Below, piece by piece: positions 54,887-64,000 of a DNA stretch of 64,000 nucleotides. Source of the stretch: Candidatus Latescibacterota bacterium (GTDB lineage Bacteria > Latescibacterota > UBA2968). Position 1 is the first letter of the stretch. Each line of letters starts with the position of its first letter. The DNA lies in NCBI GenBank assembly GCA_022824945.1, contig JAJDYX010000013.1, forward strand, positions 513 through 64,512. The letters run 5' to 3'. The notes beneath the pieces are model-generated. The model did not search any database. It was given only the letters and a program-made list of their open reading frames with translations, and had not been told where the DNA came from. A program made the translations under genes and the position numbers.

Positions 54887-56134
54887 ATGTTTTTCCGAGC
54901 TAGTGTCGCGGTTTTACTTTTCGCGTTCCAGACTGCCTGGGGTGCCAATACGAAGGATCTGCTTGAAGCGGATCGATTGAGCAAACACCTCAAGGCGAAG
55001 GGCGATCAGAAAGAACATATTGCCAAACACGTTTCCGCACTTCGCGATGTCGTGATTGAATATCAAACCGAACGCGCACGCCGTACCAATGAAGCCCTTT
55101 TGTGGCAGGGCTATATCCCCAAACTCAAAGATCTGAGAAGTCTGCGCCAGAGTGCTAATGACAGTGCGAGTGTCGTGTTTGATGCGCTCAAAACTGCGCT
55201 CGATAGTAAGCAAATTGAACGCCTGGATAAACTCATCAACAAAGGCGATGTTTTTGCCATTCCCATTGCGCAACATCCCTATTACCACGTTCAAAACTCT
55301 CCGCTTTTTCCGGAGTTTTCGGGAAAAAAAGAGGTCTATAAGCTCAGCCTGCCTTCAGAACCCGATCCGGATAACACCTGGACATATCCCCAATTGCTCA
55401 AGGTATGGACTGTGCGTAGCTTTATTCCCTCGGTGCGTCCCATAGATAATTTGTCGCAGGCACCGAGTATTGCCGAACATCCCGATTTGCAATTCCGAGA
55501 GTTGAACGTTTCCGAACGCTATCGCGTCGTGCGTTCCCCACTGCTTATATCAGCAACGCTGTACGTCCCGGATCTCGTGCGTTCAGAGTTTGACATGTTG
55601 CAAACCCACTACGGTCCCGATAGCATTTCTGTCCAGACATGGGATGCGTATGCCAGCCAAAACCAACTCGATGACGATATTCAAATTCGCTTAAAATTCA
55701 ATACCATCTACGACAAAGCGTATCTCGATCTTGGTCGCTGGACAATTTATCTCGAAGACAGCGAAGAGATCGGGTACGAACCCGACAAAATTGAAGAACG
55801 GGCATTTTATCCACTCGAAGCGCTACAGGTTTCTGTACCGGGCAGAGAAATGGAAGTTACGGATGTATTTGGTACGTATATTTCTCCCACTTATACGCCC
55901 GGTGAAAAAGTGCGCTATTTTGCAGAGCCGCCCGCGAATATTACTTATGTGGGCAATGAAAAATTGCTTATACTTTATTTTTCCGCGCATACGGTTATGA
56001 AAACACCGGTTGTTTCAGATCAGACAAAGTACATCAAACTCATCGTGCAGTCTCACGAAACCGATTTTGGCCGTAGCGAACTGATGTGGGAGTTCAAAAA
56101 ACCCAAATCAAAAATTCGTCCACCTGGGGATTAA
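54887..56134 (+). CDS. Secreted hypothetical protein (415 aa)
   Basis: It has the signal peptide MFFRASVAVLLFAFQTAWGA and no recognisable domain. It is followed after 5 nt by the TPR lipoprotein gene. Confidence 0.6.
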   Translation: MFFRASVAVLLFAFQTAWGANTKDLLEADRLSKHLKAKGDQKEHIAKHVSALRDVVIEYQTERARRTNEALLWQGYIPKLKDLRSLRQSANDSASVVFDALKTALDSKQIERLDKLINKGDVFAIPIAQHPYYHVQNSPLFPEFSGKKEVYKLSLPSEPDPDNTWTYPQLLKVWTVRSFIPSVRPIDNLSQAPSIAEHPDLQFRELNVSERYRVVRSPLLISATLYVPDLVRSEFDMLQTHYGPDSISVQTWDAYASQNQLDDDIQIRLKFNTIYDKAYLDLGRWTIYLEDSEEIGYEPDKIEERAFYPLEALQVSVPGREMEVTDVFGTYISPTYTPGEKVRYFAEPPANITYVGNEKLLILYFSAHTVMKTPVVSDQTKYIKLIVQSHETDFGRSELMWEFKKPKSKIRPPGD

Positions 56135-56139
56135 CGATC

Positions 56140-58041
56140 ATGCGTTACACATTCTTATGTTTGCTCACATTGCTCGTCGGCTGTGCAACAGCACAGCAAC
56201 CGCAAATTAGCTTGCGGTCTGTACCAAAGAAAATACCTCCACATCCCCAGGCAGTTACGCACTTTTTGCGGGCGCGATTTGCAGAAGCCGCAGGCCAACG
56301 CGATCAGGCTATTTCCGAACTGCGAGCTGCTGTGCAGTACGATTCGACCTCTGCGACGCTTTACAGCGCGCTGGCTCGCAATCTCAATGCTGTTCGGCGG
56401 TTTCAAGATGCGGTCAAACCCGCGCGGCGGGCCGTTCAAATAGATCCCAAAAATGTGCAGACCCGCTGGCTCTATTATCACGCTCTCAGCCGGGGCTTGC
56501 GCGACACCACCACAGCTATTGACCAGTTAAATACTATTGTGCGACTCGCGCCGCGAGACCTGAGTGCTTATAATCAACTTCTCCAAATTTACAATGCCCG
56601 GGGGCAGCACAGTAAAGTCATAACAGTGCTCGATAGCATTGTTGCTATTCCAGGACAGGGCGCGCGGGAAAAGCTCTTTGCCGCTGAAAACTACCACCGG
56701 CTGCGCGCATTTGACAAAGCAGCGCAAATTTATCTCGATATCCTCGAAGATGATCCCAATAACGACGATCTCCTTTTTCAACTGGGCATAACACAGCTCT
56801 CTCTGGCCGATACACTATCTGCCGAGCAAAATTTTCGGCGGATAATCGCGCGGCAAGATTATAACGTTACCAAGCAGACTGTTCCTGTTTGGGTTCAATT
56901 AGTACATATTTACACCCACAAACACCATCTAAATCGCCTTCTTGAAGCACCAGACACCCACCTGGTCAATCGGTTGGGCAATGTGCTTCTCAGAATGGTG
57001 AGGGGCCGTCACGATCACGACGAGAAAATGCTATTTGCCGATATGGCCGAACGCGTTCTCAATCACCAGTTGCAAACCGATCCCGAAAATCAGACCTTGC
57101 TGGGCACAAAAGCCGGTCTGTTGCTCGATGTCAATCGTACGGCTGAGGCGCGCAAAACCTATCGCCACGCCAACTTGCAGGGTGAAAAGACCGAATATCA
57201 TCTCGGCATAGCCCGTTCTTACAGAGTTGAAGAAAACTGGGCAAGCGCGCAACAGATTTTGGAAAAGCTCCATCGGGATACGCGCTCTGAAAGCGAGTAT
57301 TACGATCAAATCGCGTTTGACCTCGCCCGCGTTTATTTGCGGCAGGACGAAATTGCCAGTGCGCGCAATATCTATCAACAGGCTGTTGACGCGAGGCCAG
57401 AACACACGGGTTTTCGCTACGAACTGGCGCGTACATATCTTTTTGATCGCAACTGGGAAAAAGCCATTCCTCTGCTGGAGCCACTTATTGCGGATACGGA
57501 AGACAATCCCGAATTTCTCGAGCATGTGCTCTTTGATCTGGGGCGCAGTCTTGAACGGGCGGGAGAGTTCGATCGCGCTGTCGCAATATTTCAACGTCTT
57601 TTGGCACTGGACCAGGATCACGCAGAGGCCAGCAATTATTTGGGGTATATGCTCGCCGAGCGCGGCGAACGCCTCACTGAAGCGAAAAAGTTAATTGAAC
57701 GCGCTCTGAAAAATGACCCTGAGAACGGTGCTTATCTCGATAGCCTCGGCTGGGTCTATTATCAGCTCAAACAATACGAAAACGCTGCGCGCTGGCTGGA
57801 CCGCGCACTTACCGTAGAGGAAGAAACCCTTCGCCAAACCAATCCCAATTCCCCGATCGTAGATGGCTTGCGCGAAAATCTCGCGGTCATCCACGAGCAC
57901 GCGGGAGACACAGCGCACAAAATGGGCGATTTCTCCCGCGCAAGCCACCATTATGAACGCGCTATAGAATTTGATCCCGATAACCAGACTCTGCGGGAAA
58001 AATTCAAAAATCTTTCCAAAGATGCCAGTTTTTCCGAATAG
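56140..58041 (+). CDS. TPR-repeat lipoprotein
   Basis: It has the lipobox LLTLLVGC. Many TPR-like repeats are present, for example the A..Y..AL..DP.N patterns. Confidence 0.75.
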   Translation: MRYTFLCLLTLLVGCATAQQPQISLRSVPKKIPPHPQAVTHFLRARFAEAAGQRDQAISELRAAVQYDSTSATLYSALARNLNAVRRFQDAVKPARRAVQIDPKNVQTRWLYYHALSRGLRDTTTAIDQLNTIVRLAPRDLSAYNQLLQIYNARGQHSKVITVLDSIVAIPGQGAREKLFAAENYHRLRAFDKAAQIYLDILEDDPNNDDLLFQLGITQLSLADTLSAEQNFRRIIARQDYNVTKQTVPVWVQLVHIYTHKHHLNRLLEAPDTHLVNRLGNVLLRMVRGRHDHDEKMLFADMAERVLNHQLQTDPENQTLLGTKAGLLLDVNRTAEARKTYRHANLQGEKTEYHLGIARSYRVEENWASAQQILEKLHRDTRSESEYYDQIAFDLARVYLRQDEIASARNIYQQAVDARPEHTGFRYELARTYLFDRNWEKAIPLLEPLIADTEDNPEFLEHVLFDLGRSLERAGEFDRAVAIFQRLLALDQDHAEASNYLGYMLAERGERLTEAKKLIERALKNDPENGAYLDSLGWVYYQLKQYENAARWLDRALTVEEETLRQTNPNSPIVDGLRENLAVIHEHAGDTAHKMGDFSRASHHYERAIEFDPDNQTLREKFKNLSKDASFSE

Positions 58042-58098
58042 ACGGAGCGGTGTACAACTGCGCCAGCAGTTCATCCCGCCCCGCATCCCAAATGCCCA

Positions 58099-58869
58099 AT
58101 GCGCAATTATAGATTCCTACTTGTTGTTTTTCTTTTAATCGCTGGCTGTGTCGCCAATCGTCCCGCTCTTTTGCCGCCTGTTACTTCTTCAACCGAATTT
58201 TTCCATCTCATCGCTACCCGCTACGACAGTTTGCACAATCAGGAGGTTCGCGCCAGCGTTGACCTCACGATTGATGGGGTGCGCGAGCGCAGGGCTTCTG
58301 CGCTTGTGCGCCATCGATTCCCTTCGGATCTCAAACTCGTCGTCGGCGGTTTCGGCACTGTGGTCATGGCCGCGCGTGCCCAAAATGATACGCTACACGT
58401 TCACCTGCCTCGCGAGAATCGCTATCTCGTGGGCAATCCCGAAGATGTGCTCTATGTGCTCACGGATGTTGATTTGTCCTATTATGCGTATGATCGCGCC
58501 ATTCTCGGTTTGCCCAATATCTCCCCCATAGATGCCTCCCGTGTGGTGCGTTTTGAACCCGGGAAGGAAAATCTTTTTCTCGAATTGCAACACGATCTCT
58601 ATTTGCGCCGTCTCTGGATTGAAGCGAGCACGGGCTTTTTGCGCGAAGAAAGAGTTTATAATGCCGATGGGCAACTCGTATCGGCGCGCCTTCTGTCTGA
58701 TTATCACAGGGACGATGGCTTTTTTTTGCCCCGTCGCATCGAGATTCAGCAAGGTGAGGATGTGATGCTCATTCAGATCAAATCGCGCGCCATTAATACA
58801 GGTCTGTCCGACGAAGATTTTGTTTTGCCCGTGCCCAAAGATGCCACGCGCCATGATATTCAACGGTGA
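58099..58869 (+). CDS. Lipoprotein, DUF4292 / LolB-like
   Basis: It has the lipobox FLLIAGC. Its size and beta-rich sequence resemble the DUF4292 proteins that accompany TPR lipoproteins in FCB-group genomes. The family assignment is tentative. Confidence 0.5.
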   Translation: MRNYRFLLVVFLLIAGCVANRPALLPPVTSSTEFFHLIATRYDSLHNQEVRASVDLTIDGVRERRASALVRHRFPSDLKLVVGGFGTVVMAARAQNDTLHVHLPRENRYLVGNPEDVLYVLTDVDLSYYAYDRAILGLPNISPIDASRVVRFEPGKENLFLELQHDLYLRRLWIEASTGFLREERVYNADGQLVSARLLSDYHRDDGFFLPRRIEIQQGEDVMLIQIKSRAINTGLSDEDFVLPVPKDATRHDIQR

Positions 58870-58896
58870 AAACAAAAGCCCTGATGCGGATAAAAC

Positions 58897-58931
58897 AAAA
58901 GAGCACTGGTTCTAAGAATCAGTGCTCTTTT
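58897..58931. terminator. Bidirectional rho-independent terminator
   Basis: The stem is AGAGCACTG / CAGTGCTCT with flanking AAAA/TTTT. It lies between convergent genes. Confidence 0.75.
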
Positions 58932-58957
58932 ATTTTGGGCAAGGTGGAACGCGCCTG

Positions 58958-61549
58958 TTACTCGCCTAATGTGCTAAGACTGATGGTGGGACCGAAGAAG
59001 AGGGCGTTGGCAAAGAGTTTTTGGGTGCCGTACCAATAGGCGCGGAAGGTGGGGTTGTCGAGCATGAGTATGACGCGGCCATTGCCCTGTTTGGCGACGA
59101 GAGTGGATGCGGTTTCGGCGATGTAATTGTGGTTTTGTTCAGAGATATAACCCGCGAGCAAGGGCTGTTTGGCGTATTGCAAAGGGGTGGCATAGGGGTT
59201 TACTGGTCTGATAAAGAGTGTGCCGCGCCGAAAGACTGGCAGGATATCGCTGCGATATCCATAGGCGAGGGGATGGGTGCGGTCCAGGCGGACCCGAAAG
59301 ATAGCACCGCCAATGATCTGCGCTCCCCGATCGCTGGGTGCGTCGATATAAGCTTTGCGTTCACTGCGATTTTCTCGCTTTCGCTCGACGAATTGGGCAC
59401 TGGCGAGTTTGGTATTGATGGCCCAGTGAACCGCACTGTTGAGTGCTATGAGTGTATTGCCCTGACGCAGCCACTGTTTTAAGGCATGGACACCTGTGGA
59501 GTCGAGGTCGCTATAAGACCCGCCTGCTGCGATTACTGTATTGTAGCGATTGAGGTCTATATCGCGCACATGGCTGGCGTCTATGAGGCTGACCGCCATG
59601 TTATAGCGCTGGTCTAACAAATGCCACACTTCACCGGCGTTATAGACATCGGCGCCTTTGCCAATTAAAAGGGCTATTTGAGGGATTTCGAGGGGGACAA
59701 ATCCCGGGCTGCCCAAGTCAATACCGCTGTCGGTCTGTCCGGTGGAGACGGCAAATACTTCAAGAGCATCTTCGCGTGCGATTGTTTGCATGAGGTCTCG
59801 AATCGTCTGTGGATCATTTTTTTGTATGCCCATGGGGATGAGTATGGTGCCGTAGTCAAATAAGTGCTCATCCTCCGAGTCTGAGGAAATACGCATGCGA
59901 AACTGCTGCGAGGACACTTTGGCTCTTATGCCGGCTTCTTGCAGGCGGTAGAGTGCGCGCGGTGCATAATGTCCGTTCCATTCAAAGAGGTACGCATAAG
60001 TATTGATCTCCGGGTTGAAGACAGACAGACGGCCACGAGGAAATTTAGACGGTGGCAAGAGGTCGCCGATAAATTCCTGGGATGACGATTTGATTTCTAC
60101 CAGGGGCATGTTAAACGATAGGGGCAATGTCCAGGCTGAGACATCGTAAAATAAGCTGTCGCGAAAGGTCGTGCGGCGCTCAAACAGGCTGGTGAGCAGG
60201 CGGTATTGCGGTTGCGCGGTGGGTATGATATAGGCCGATCCGGGCTGGAAGGTCTGACCGCCGACGCGCATGGGACGCGCGAGGTCGTAAATCTGTATGT
60301 GGTGCTGCTGGAGGATGTCGATAAAATGATGGGTGCGCGCCATGTCATCCGGGTCGCCAAAAACATAAGCTTTGATGGCGGCAGCCCCGGCTTCCCGGAT
60401 TGCGGAGGTATAAAAATCGCGCTGATGCGATAGCAGTTCGGTGCGCAGTTCACGGGCTGCTTGGAGTGCTGATAGGGCAGTTTTCACCTGGTTGCGTATG
60501 GCAAAGGGAAAGGAGATGGGCCCGTGAATACTTTCTTGCATAAGCCCGCGTGCGCTGGCTTGCTCAAAGAGAAGGCCCACGCCGCCATTGAGATCGGGAT
60601 AGGTCGATCCTTTGCCGACGTAAAAGTCGTCGAATGACTCCCGTGTGTAATATAGCGTGCCGATTTCATTGAGCGCGCTGACGTGGCGTTCGGCGATTGC
60701 AGCGGTGAGTTCATAGGTGCGTGCCGGGGTGAGGGGATTGTTGCGCGAGGGAATGCCCGGTTGAAAAAAGTAAGTGGAATTGGTGTTCATTTCGTGGTGG
60801 TCGGTGAGCATGTTGGGCTTCCAGGCGTGAAATGTCTCAATCCGCCCCCGGCTTTCGGGATGCTGGATAAATACCCAGTCGCGGTTGAGGTCAAACCAGT
60901 AGTGGTTGGTGCGCCCACTCGGCCAGATTTCTCGATGTTCCCGGTGTTCGGGGTCGGCAATGAGTTGTTTGCTGCGGTGCATGTTTGCCCAGTGTGCAAA
61001 GCGACTGAAGCCATCGGGATTGGATACGGGGTCGAGCAAGATGACGGCATTGGCGAGGAGGTTGTTTATGGCGGGACCTTGCGCCGCTGAGAGGTGATAT
61101 GCAATTAATGGCGCGGCGTTGCCCCCGCTGGGTTCGTTGCCGTGGATGCTATATCCCATGTACACGACCACGGGCATTGTGTTGATGTCGAGCGCGGGCG
61201 ACTGGTCCGGATTTGTGAGTTGCCGGTGTTGTGTCTGGATGGTTTCGAGATTCTGGTGATTTTGCGGGGATGTGATGGTGAGTAATAATAGGGGGCGTTG
61301 CTGGTGTGTTTGGGCATATTGTGTGAGGACTATGCGGTCAGAGCGTTCGGCCAATGTGTGCATGTAGTTTACGATGAGGTCGTGCCGCAGGTGCCAATCG
61401 CCAATCTGAAATCCAAAAAAGGCTTCGGGTGTGGGGATGTCGGGATTATAGGTCGTACCCTCGGGCAGGTAATAGCTGAGGTCAACGCGAGAATGAGCCG
61501 GTGTGCTCAGGCCGATCAATGCGATAAGGACGATTAATAGGCGTGTCAT
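58958..61549 (-). CDS. Secreted M14-family zinc carboxypeptidase (large, 863 aa)
   Basis: It has a signal peptide (LIVLIALIGLSTPAHS) and the M14 zinc site context YMGYSIHGNEPSG. A long C-terminal extension follows. Confidence 0.8.
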   Translation of the reverse strand: MTRLLIVLIALIGLSTPAHSRVDLSYYLPEGTTYNPDIPTPEAFFGFQIGDWHLRHDLIVNYMHTLAERSDRIVLTQYAQTHQQRPLLLLTITSPQNHQNLETIQTQHRQLTNPDQSPALDINTMPVVVYMGYSIHGNEPSGGNAAPLIAYHLSAAQGPAINNLLANAVILLDPVSNPDGFSRFAHWANMHRSKQLIADPEHREHREIWPSGRTNHYWFDLNRDWVFIQHPESRGRIETFHAWKPNMLTDHHEMNTNSTYFFQPGIPSRNNPLTPARTYELTAAIAERHVSALNEIGTLYYTRESFDDFYVGKGSTYPDLNGGVGLLFEQASARGLMQESIHGPISFPFAIRNQVKTALSALQAARELRTELLSHQRDFYTSAIREAGAAAIKAYVFGDPDDMARTHHFIDILQQHHIQIYDLARPMRVGGQTFQPGSAYIIPTAQPQYRLLTSLFERRTTFRDSLFYDVSAWTLPLSFNMPLVEIKSSSQEFIGDLLPPSKFPRGRLSVFNPEINTYAYLFEWNGHYAPRALYRLQEAGIRAKVSSQQFRMRISSDSEDEHLFDYGTILIPMGIQKNDPQTIRDLMQTIAREDALEVFAVSTGQTDSGIDLGSPGFVPLEIPQIALLIGKGADVYNAGEVWHLLDQRYNMAVSLIDASHVRDIDLNRYNTVIAAGGSYSDLDSTGVHALKQWLRQGNTLIALNSAVHWAINTKLASAQFVERKRENRSERKAYIDAPSDRGAQIIGGAIFRVRLDRTHPLAYGYRSDILPVFRRGTLFIRPVNPYATPLQYAKQPLLAGYISEQNHNYIAETASTLVAKQGNGRVILMLDNPTFRAYWYGTQKLFANALFFGPTISLSTLGE

Positions 61550-61693
61550 TGGGTGCCTTGTGTGATGAATTAAAAATTAAAAATTGGAAGTGGGGTAGTT
61601 CAATTCTTAATTAGCATAGATATAACTAAGGAAAGAAAATATCGCAAAAAGTCAAATGTTGCAAAAATAAATAAATTAGAATAAATAAATAAT

Positions 61694-61722
61694 TTGCATT
61701 TAAAACTGAAATATTTTATATT
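61694..61722 (+). promoter_or_regulatory. Candidate sigma70-type promoter (TTGCAT-17 nt-TATATT)
   Basis: The spacing is correct, but the surrounding region is very AT-rich, so a chance match is plausible. Confidence 0.3.
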
Positions 61723-61745
61723 TTTTGTGAAACTTTTTACATAAA

Positions 61746-62183
61746 ATGGCGTCTAAAATGAAAAAAAGGAGAGAAATGCGTAAAATTATTGAAAAATGTC
61801 CCGCCTGCCAGAATGATGTGATTATCACCCGCATTCGCTGCACGCAATGTGAATGTGAAGTGATTGGAGAGTTTCAGCCGACAATTTTTAACCGTCTGAC
61901 GCCCGAAAATCTGGCTTTTGTCGAGACATTTGTCCGATTGCGCGGCAATGTCAAAGAGATGACGCGCGAACTCCGCGTGCCCTATAGCACGATTCGCAAC
62001 CATCTCGACGATGTGATTGCAGAACTCGGTTTTGCAACTGGAACACAGTCCGAGGTGGAAGATTTGTCCGCTGCGTCTCAACAAGAGGTTCTCAACCGTC
62101 TCGAATCCGGTGAAATTTCAGTGGAGGATGCTGCGGAAGAACTCGGAAGAATAAAAAAAGATAGAGAAAGGAGTATATCGTGA
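61746..62183 (+). CDS. DUF2089-family protein (zinc ribbon + HTH)
   Basis: It contains CPACQNDVIITRIRCTQCECEV followed by FVETFVRLRGNVKEMTRELRVPYSTIRNHLDDV. Confidence 0.75.
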   Translation: MASKMKKRREMRKIIEKCPACQNDVIITRIRCTQCECEVIGEFQPTIFNRLTPENLAFVETFVRLRGNVKEMTRELRVPYSTIRNHLDDVIAELGFATGTQSEVEDLSAASQQEVLNRLESGEISVEDAAEELGRIKKDRERSIS

Positions 62184-63517
62184 AAGAAGAACGCATGAAG
62201 GTTCTCGAGATGATTCAGGATGGAAAAATAACGGCGGAAGACGCCGTGAAATTACTCGACGCCCTCGGAGATACCGCGGAAGAACCGCAAAGTGAAGGTC
62301 GCCAACGCAGACGCAATGAAAGTCGTCAGCGCCAGCGCAGACGCAGACGCACTGGCGGCGCAGATATTCAGGTTGAAGTGCAAGAGCGCATCCGCGAGGC
62401 CATGCCGAGAGTCAAACGCGCGGTGCGCGAAGCCACGCGCTCAATTCCCGATGTGGGTAAGATCGTTCAGGAAGCGATGCAAACGGCATCTGAAGCCTTT
62501 TCACAATGGACGGAAGATGGGGATAGAAAGTATCCTGAAAAATCGGTGCGACAATTTGTTGAAACGACACCGATCCAGGTATCTGATCGTCTATCTGTAC
62601 AGACACGAGAAGGCCATATTACCTCAAAAATTTGGGATCGCGATGAGGTCAAGATTGACGCGACGATCTCGGTTTGGGGATCTGATGAAGAAGCGGTGAA
62701 TGCCTTTGCCGAACAAATTGATGTTCAAATACAGCGGGAGTCCGGCGTTGTGAAAGTACGACCCAATGTACCCAAACGGGAAAAAGGCGATCCGATTCGG
62801 TCTGTGCGGATCGACTTTGAGTTGCATCATCCCCAAAAAGTCGATCTCGATGTGCGAGCCAATCGCGGCAATATCACGCTTCCCAAAATTGATGGTGCAG
62901 CAAATCTCAAAAATAACCGCGGCAAAACGATTTTGGAAGGCGCGTCGGGCAATATAAGGATTAAACAGAACCGCGGCGATGTCGCGGTGCAACATGTTGG
63001 AGGTGATTTTACTGCAAACAACAATCGCGGTTCAATTAAAGTTGGTCGGGTTGATAGAAATGCGGTTGTAAAAAATAATGGCGGCGCAACGCATCTTGCA
63101 AATATTGTTGGTACAACTACTGTCCATACTAACCGGGGTGCTATTGAGATTGAAAATCCCGAATCGAGCGTGATGATACAAAGCCGCGGCGGCAAGATTG
63201 CGGTGCGTCCACACAAACCCATTGGCGATGACTATGCGATTCAAAATAGAGATGGCGCGGTTGATCTCACCATTCCCGATGGTTCGGCAGTTGATGTACA
63301 CGGTTATGTCGGGCGCGGAAATATCCAGACCGACCTGCCTCTGTCTATTACCGGTGTGTCGCGTACCTCACAGGTCGTGACGGGTCAGCTCAATGGCGGT
63401 GGTTCCAAGGTTGCGATTGAACTCGGTCGGGGCAGTCTGAGATTGTCTTCAGGTGAAGAGATAGATGAGCCTGAAACGCCCACGCCACCCGAACCGCCTG
63501 AGACTCCTGAAAAATAA
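62180..63517 (+). CDS. DUF4097-family beta-strand-repeat protein with SHOCT-like N-terminal motif
   Basis: The N-terminus is VLEMIQDGKITAEDAVKLLDALGD, followed by an Arg-rich linker. It then has repeated NRG..... units (NRGNITL, NRGKTIL, NRGDVAV, NRGSIKV, NRGAIEI). The start overlaps the upstream stop by 4 nt. Confidence 0.7.
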   Translation: MKEERMKVLEMIQDGKITAEDAVKLLDALGDTAEEPQSEGRQRRRNESRQRQRRRRRTGGADIQVEVQERIREAMPRVKRAVREATRSIPDVGKIVQEAMQTASEAFSQWTEDGDRKYPEKSVRQFVETTPIQVSDRLSVQTREGHITSKIWDRDEVKIDATISVWGSDEEAVNAFAEQIDVQIQRESGVVKVRPNVPKREKGDPIRSVRIDFELHHPQKVDLDVRANRGNITLPKIDGAANLKNNRGKTILEGASGNIRIKQNRGDVAVQHVGGDFTANNNRGSIKVGRVDRNAVVKNNGGATHLANIVGTTTVHTNRGAIEIENPESSVMIQSRGGKIAVRPHKPIGDDYAIQNRDGAVDLTIPDGSAVDVHGYVGRGNIQTDLPLSITGVSRTSQVVTGQLNGGGSKVAIELGRGSLRLSSGEEIDEPETPTPPEPPETPEK

Positions 63518-63530
63518 CGCGGTTAAATAA

Positions 63531-63570
63531 AAAACCCGCTCCCTGAAGACAGAAATAGGGAGCGGGTTTT
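63531..63570 (+). terminator. rho-independent terminator
   Basis: A 14-bp stem, AAAACCCGCTCCCT / AGGGAGCGGGTTTT, encloses a 12-nt loop. Confidence 0.8.
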
Positions 63571-63781
63571 GGTTATATATACAATAGTGCCGGTGAGATG
63601 ATTGATTGCTCATACTGCGTAAAATCAGTTAATATTCTGCTTGCCCTGCAAAATTATGCAATTATCTTTTTTTGACATTGTAGGGACAGTGCCCCCGGAT
63701 AGAATTATCACGAGCAAGCTCTTGCTGCCCCTTATTCGCAACACTGCGCTGTATTTGCATCTTAAAGGGAGGAAACAGAAC

Positions 63782-64000
63782 ATGATACACAGGCCCACAC
63801 CGAATCTGCCGGAAACGTTTGCCGCACATGCTTTCCCAATCGTCTCTTTCCCCATAGCTAAGTTTCCTTTCTTTTCGAAATTGCTTTTGATGATCGCCCT
63901 GGCGATGTTTGTGTTTGTTGGTCAGGCGCCTTCACAGGGTCCGAGTGTGTCGCTCACGCATGTTCCCGATGCAGGGGGCACCGAAGGCATAGTTTCTGGA
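63782..64000 (+). CDS. 5' end of an exported protein gene (partial, runs off window end)
   Basis: GGGAGG at 63768-63773 lies 8 nt before the ATG. The frame is open to the end of the window. The hydrophobic segment is KLLLMIALAMFVFVGQAPS. Confidence 0.5.
   Translation, partial: MIHRPTPNLPETFAAHAFPIVSFPIAKFPFFSKLLLMIALAMFVFVGQAPSQGPSVSLTHVPDAGGTEGIVSG

Noticed and set aside
63625-63855. A 76-aa minus-strand ORF near the window end.
   Set aside because: It has no RBS and no recognisable features. It overlaps a plus-strand ORF that has a GGGAGG site and a signal-peptide-like segment.

Overview
This is a 64-kb chromosomal window, mid-50s % GC by eye. It comes from a diderm bacterium I cannot place precisely. 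T9SS-type C-terminal sorting domains, a dockerin-bearing protease and dispersed GTAGGGGCGA...TCGCCC palindromes suggest an uncultured FCB-superphylum-like lineage (inference only). I support about 50 protein genes and saw no rRNA, tRNA, CRISPR, transposase or integrase. The housekeeping backbone has three parts. The first is rho-rpmE-prfA-prmC-polyprenyl synthase-secDF on the minus strand. The second is groES/groEL with a perfect CIRCE operator. The third is pyrD, rlpA, rnr and a glnA-orf81-hemE-hemH-hemY operon. A regulatory block holds glnD, a PAS histidine kinase and an NtrC-type sigma54 activator. It also holds a perfect sigma54 promoter driving a PtsN-like EIIA gene plus a sigma70-family sigma factor gene. 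The accessory content is: a C-terminally truncated type I hsdR, two toxin-antitoxin modules (one splitting an ABC transporter operon), an HExxH/dockerin protein, a Ni-superoxide dismutase with a Sec-type leader, a sialidase/BNR cluster, and a DUF2089-DUF4097 pair. The most unusual feature is at the window centre (25.5-34.5 kb). It is a tandem array of four paralogous exported proteins built from Cache-like ligand-binding modules, a beta-sandwich and a T9SS sorting domain, with no signalling output domain. Their 3' ends are homogenised, their ligand-binding parts are divergent, and a duplication scar is visible. All calls rest on reading the translations and sequence by eye; no database search was run.
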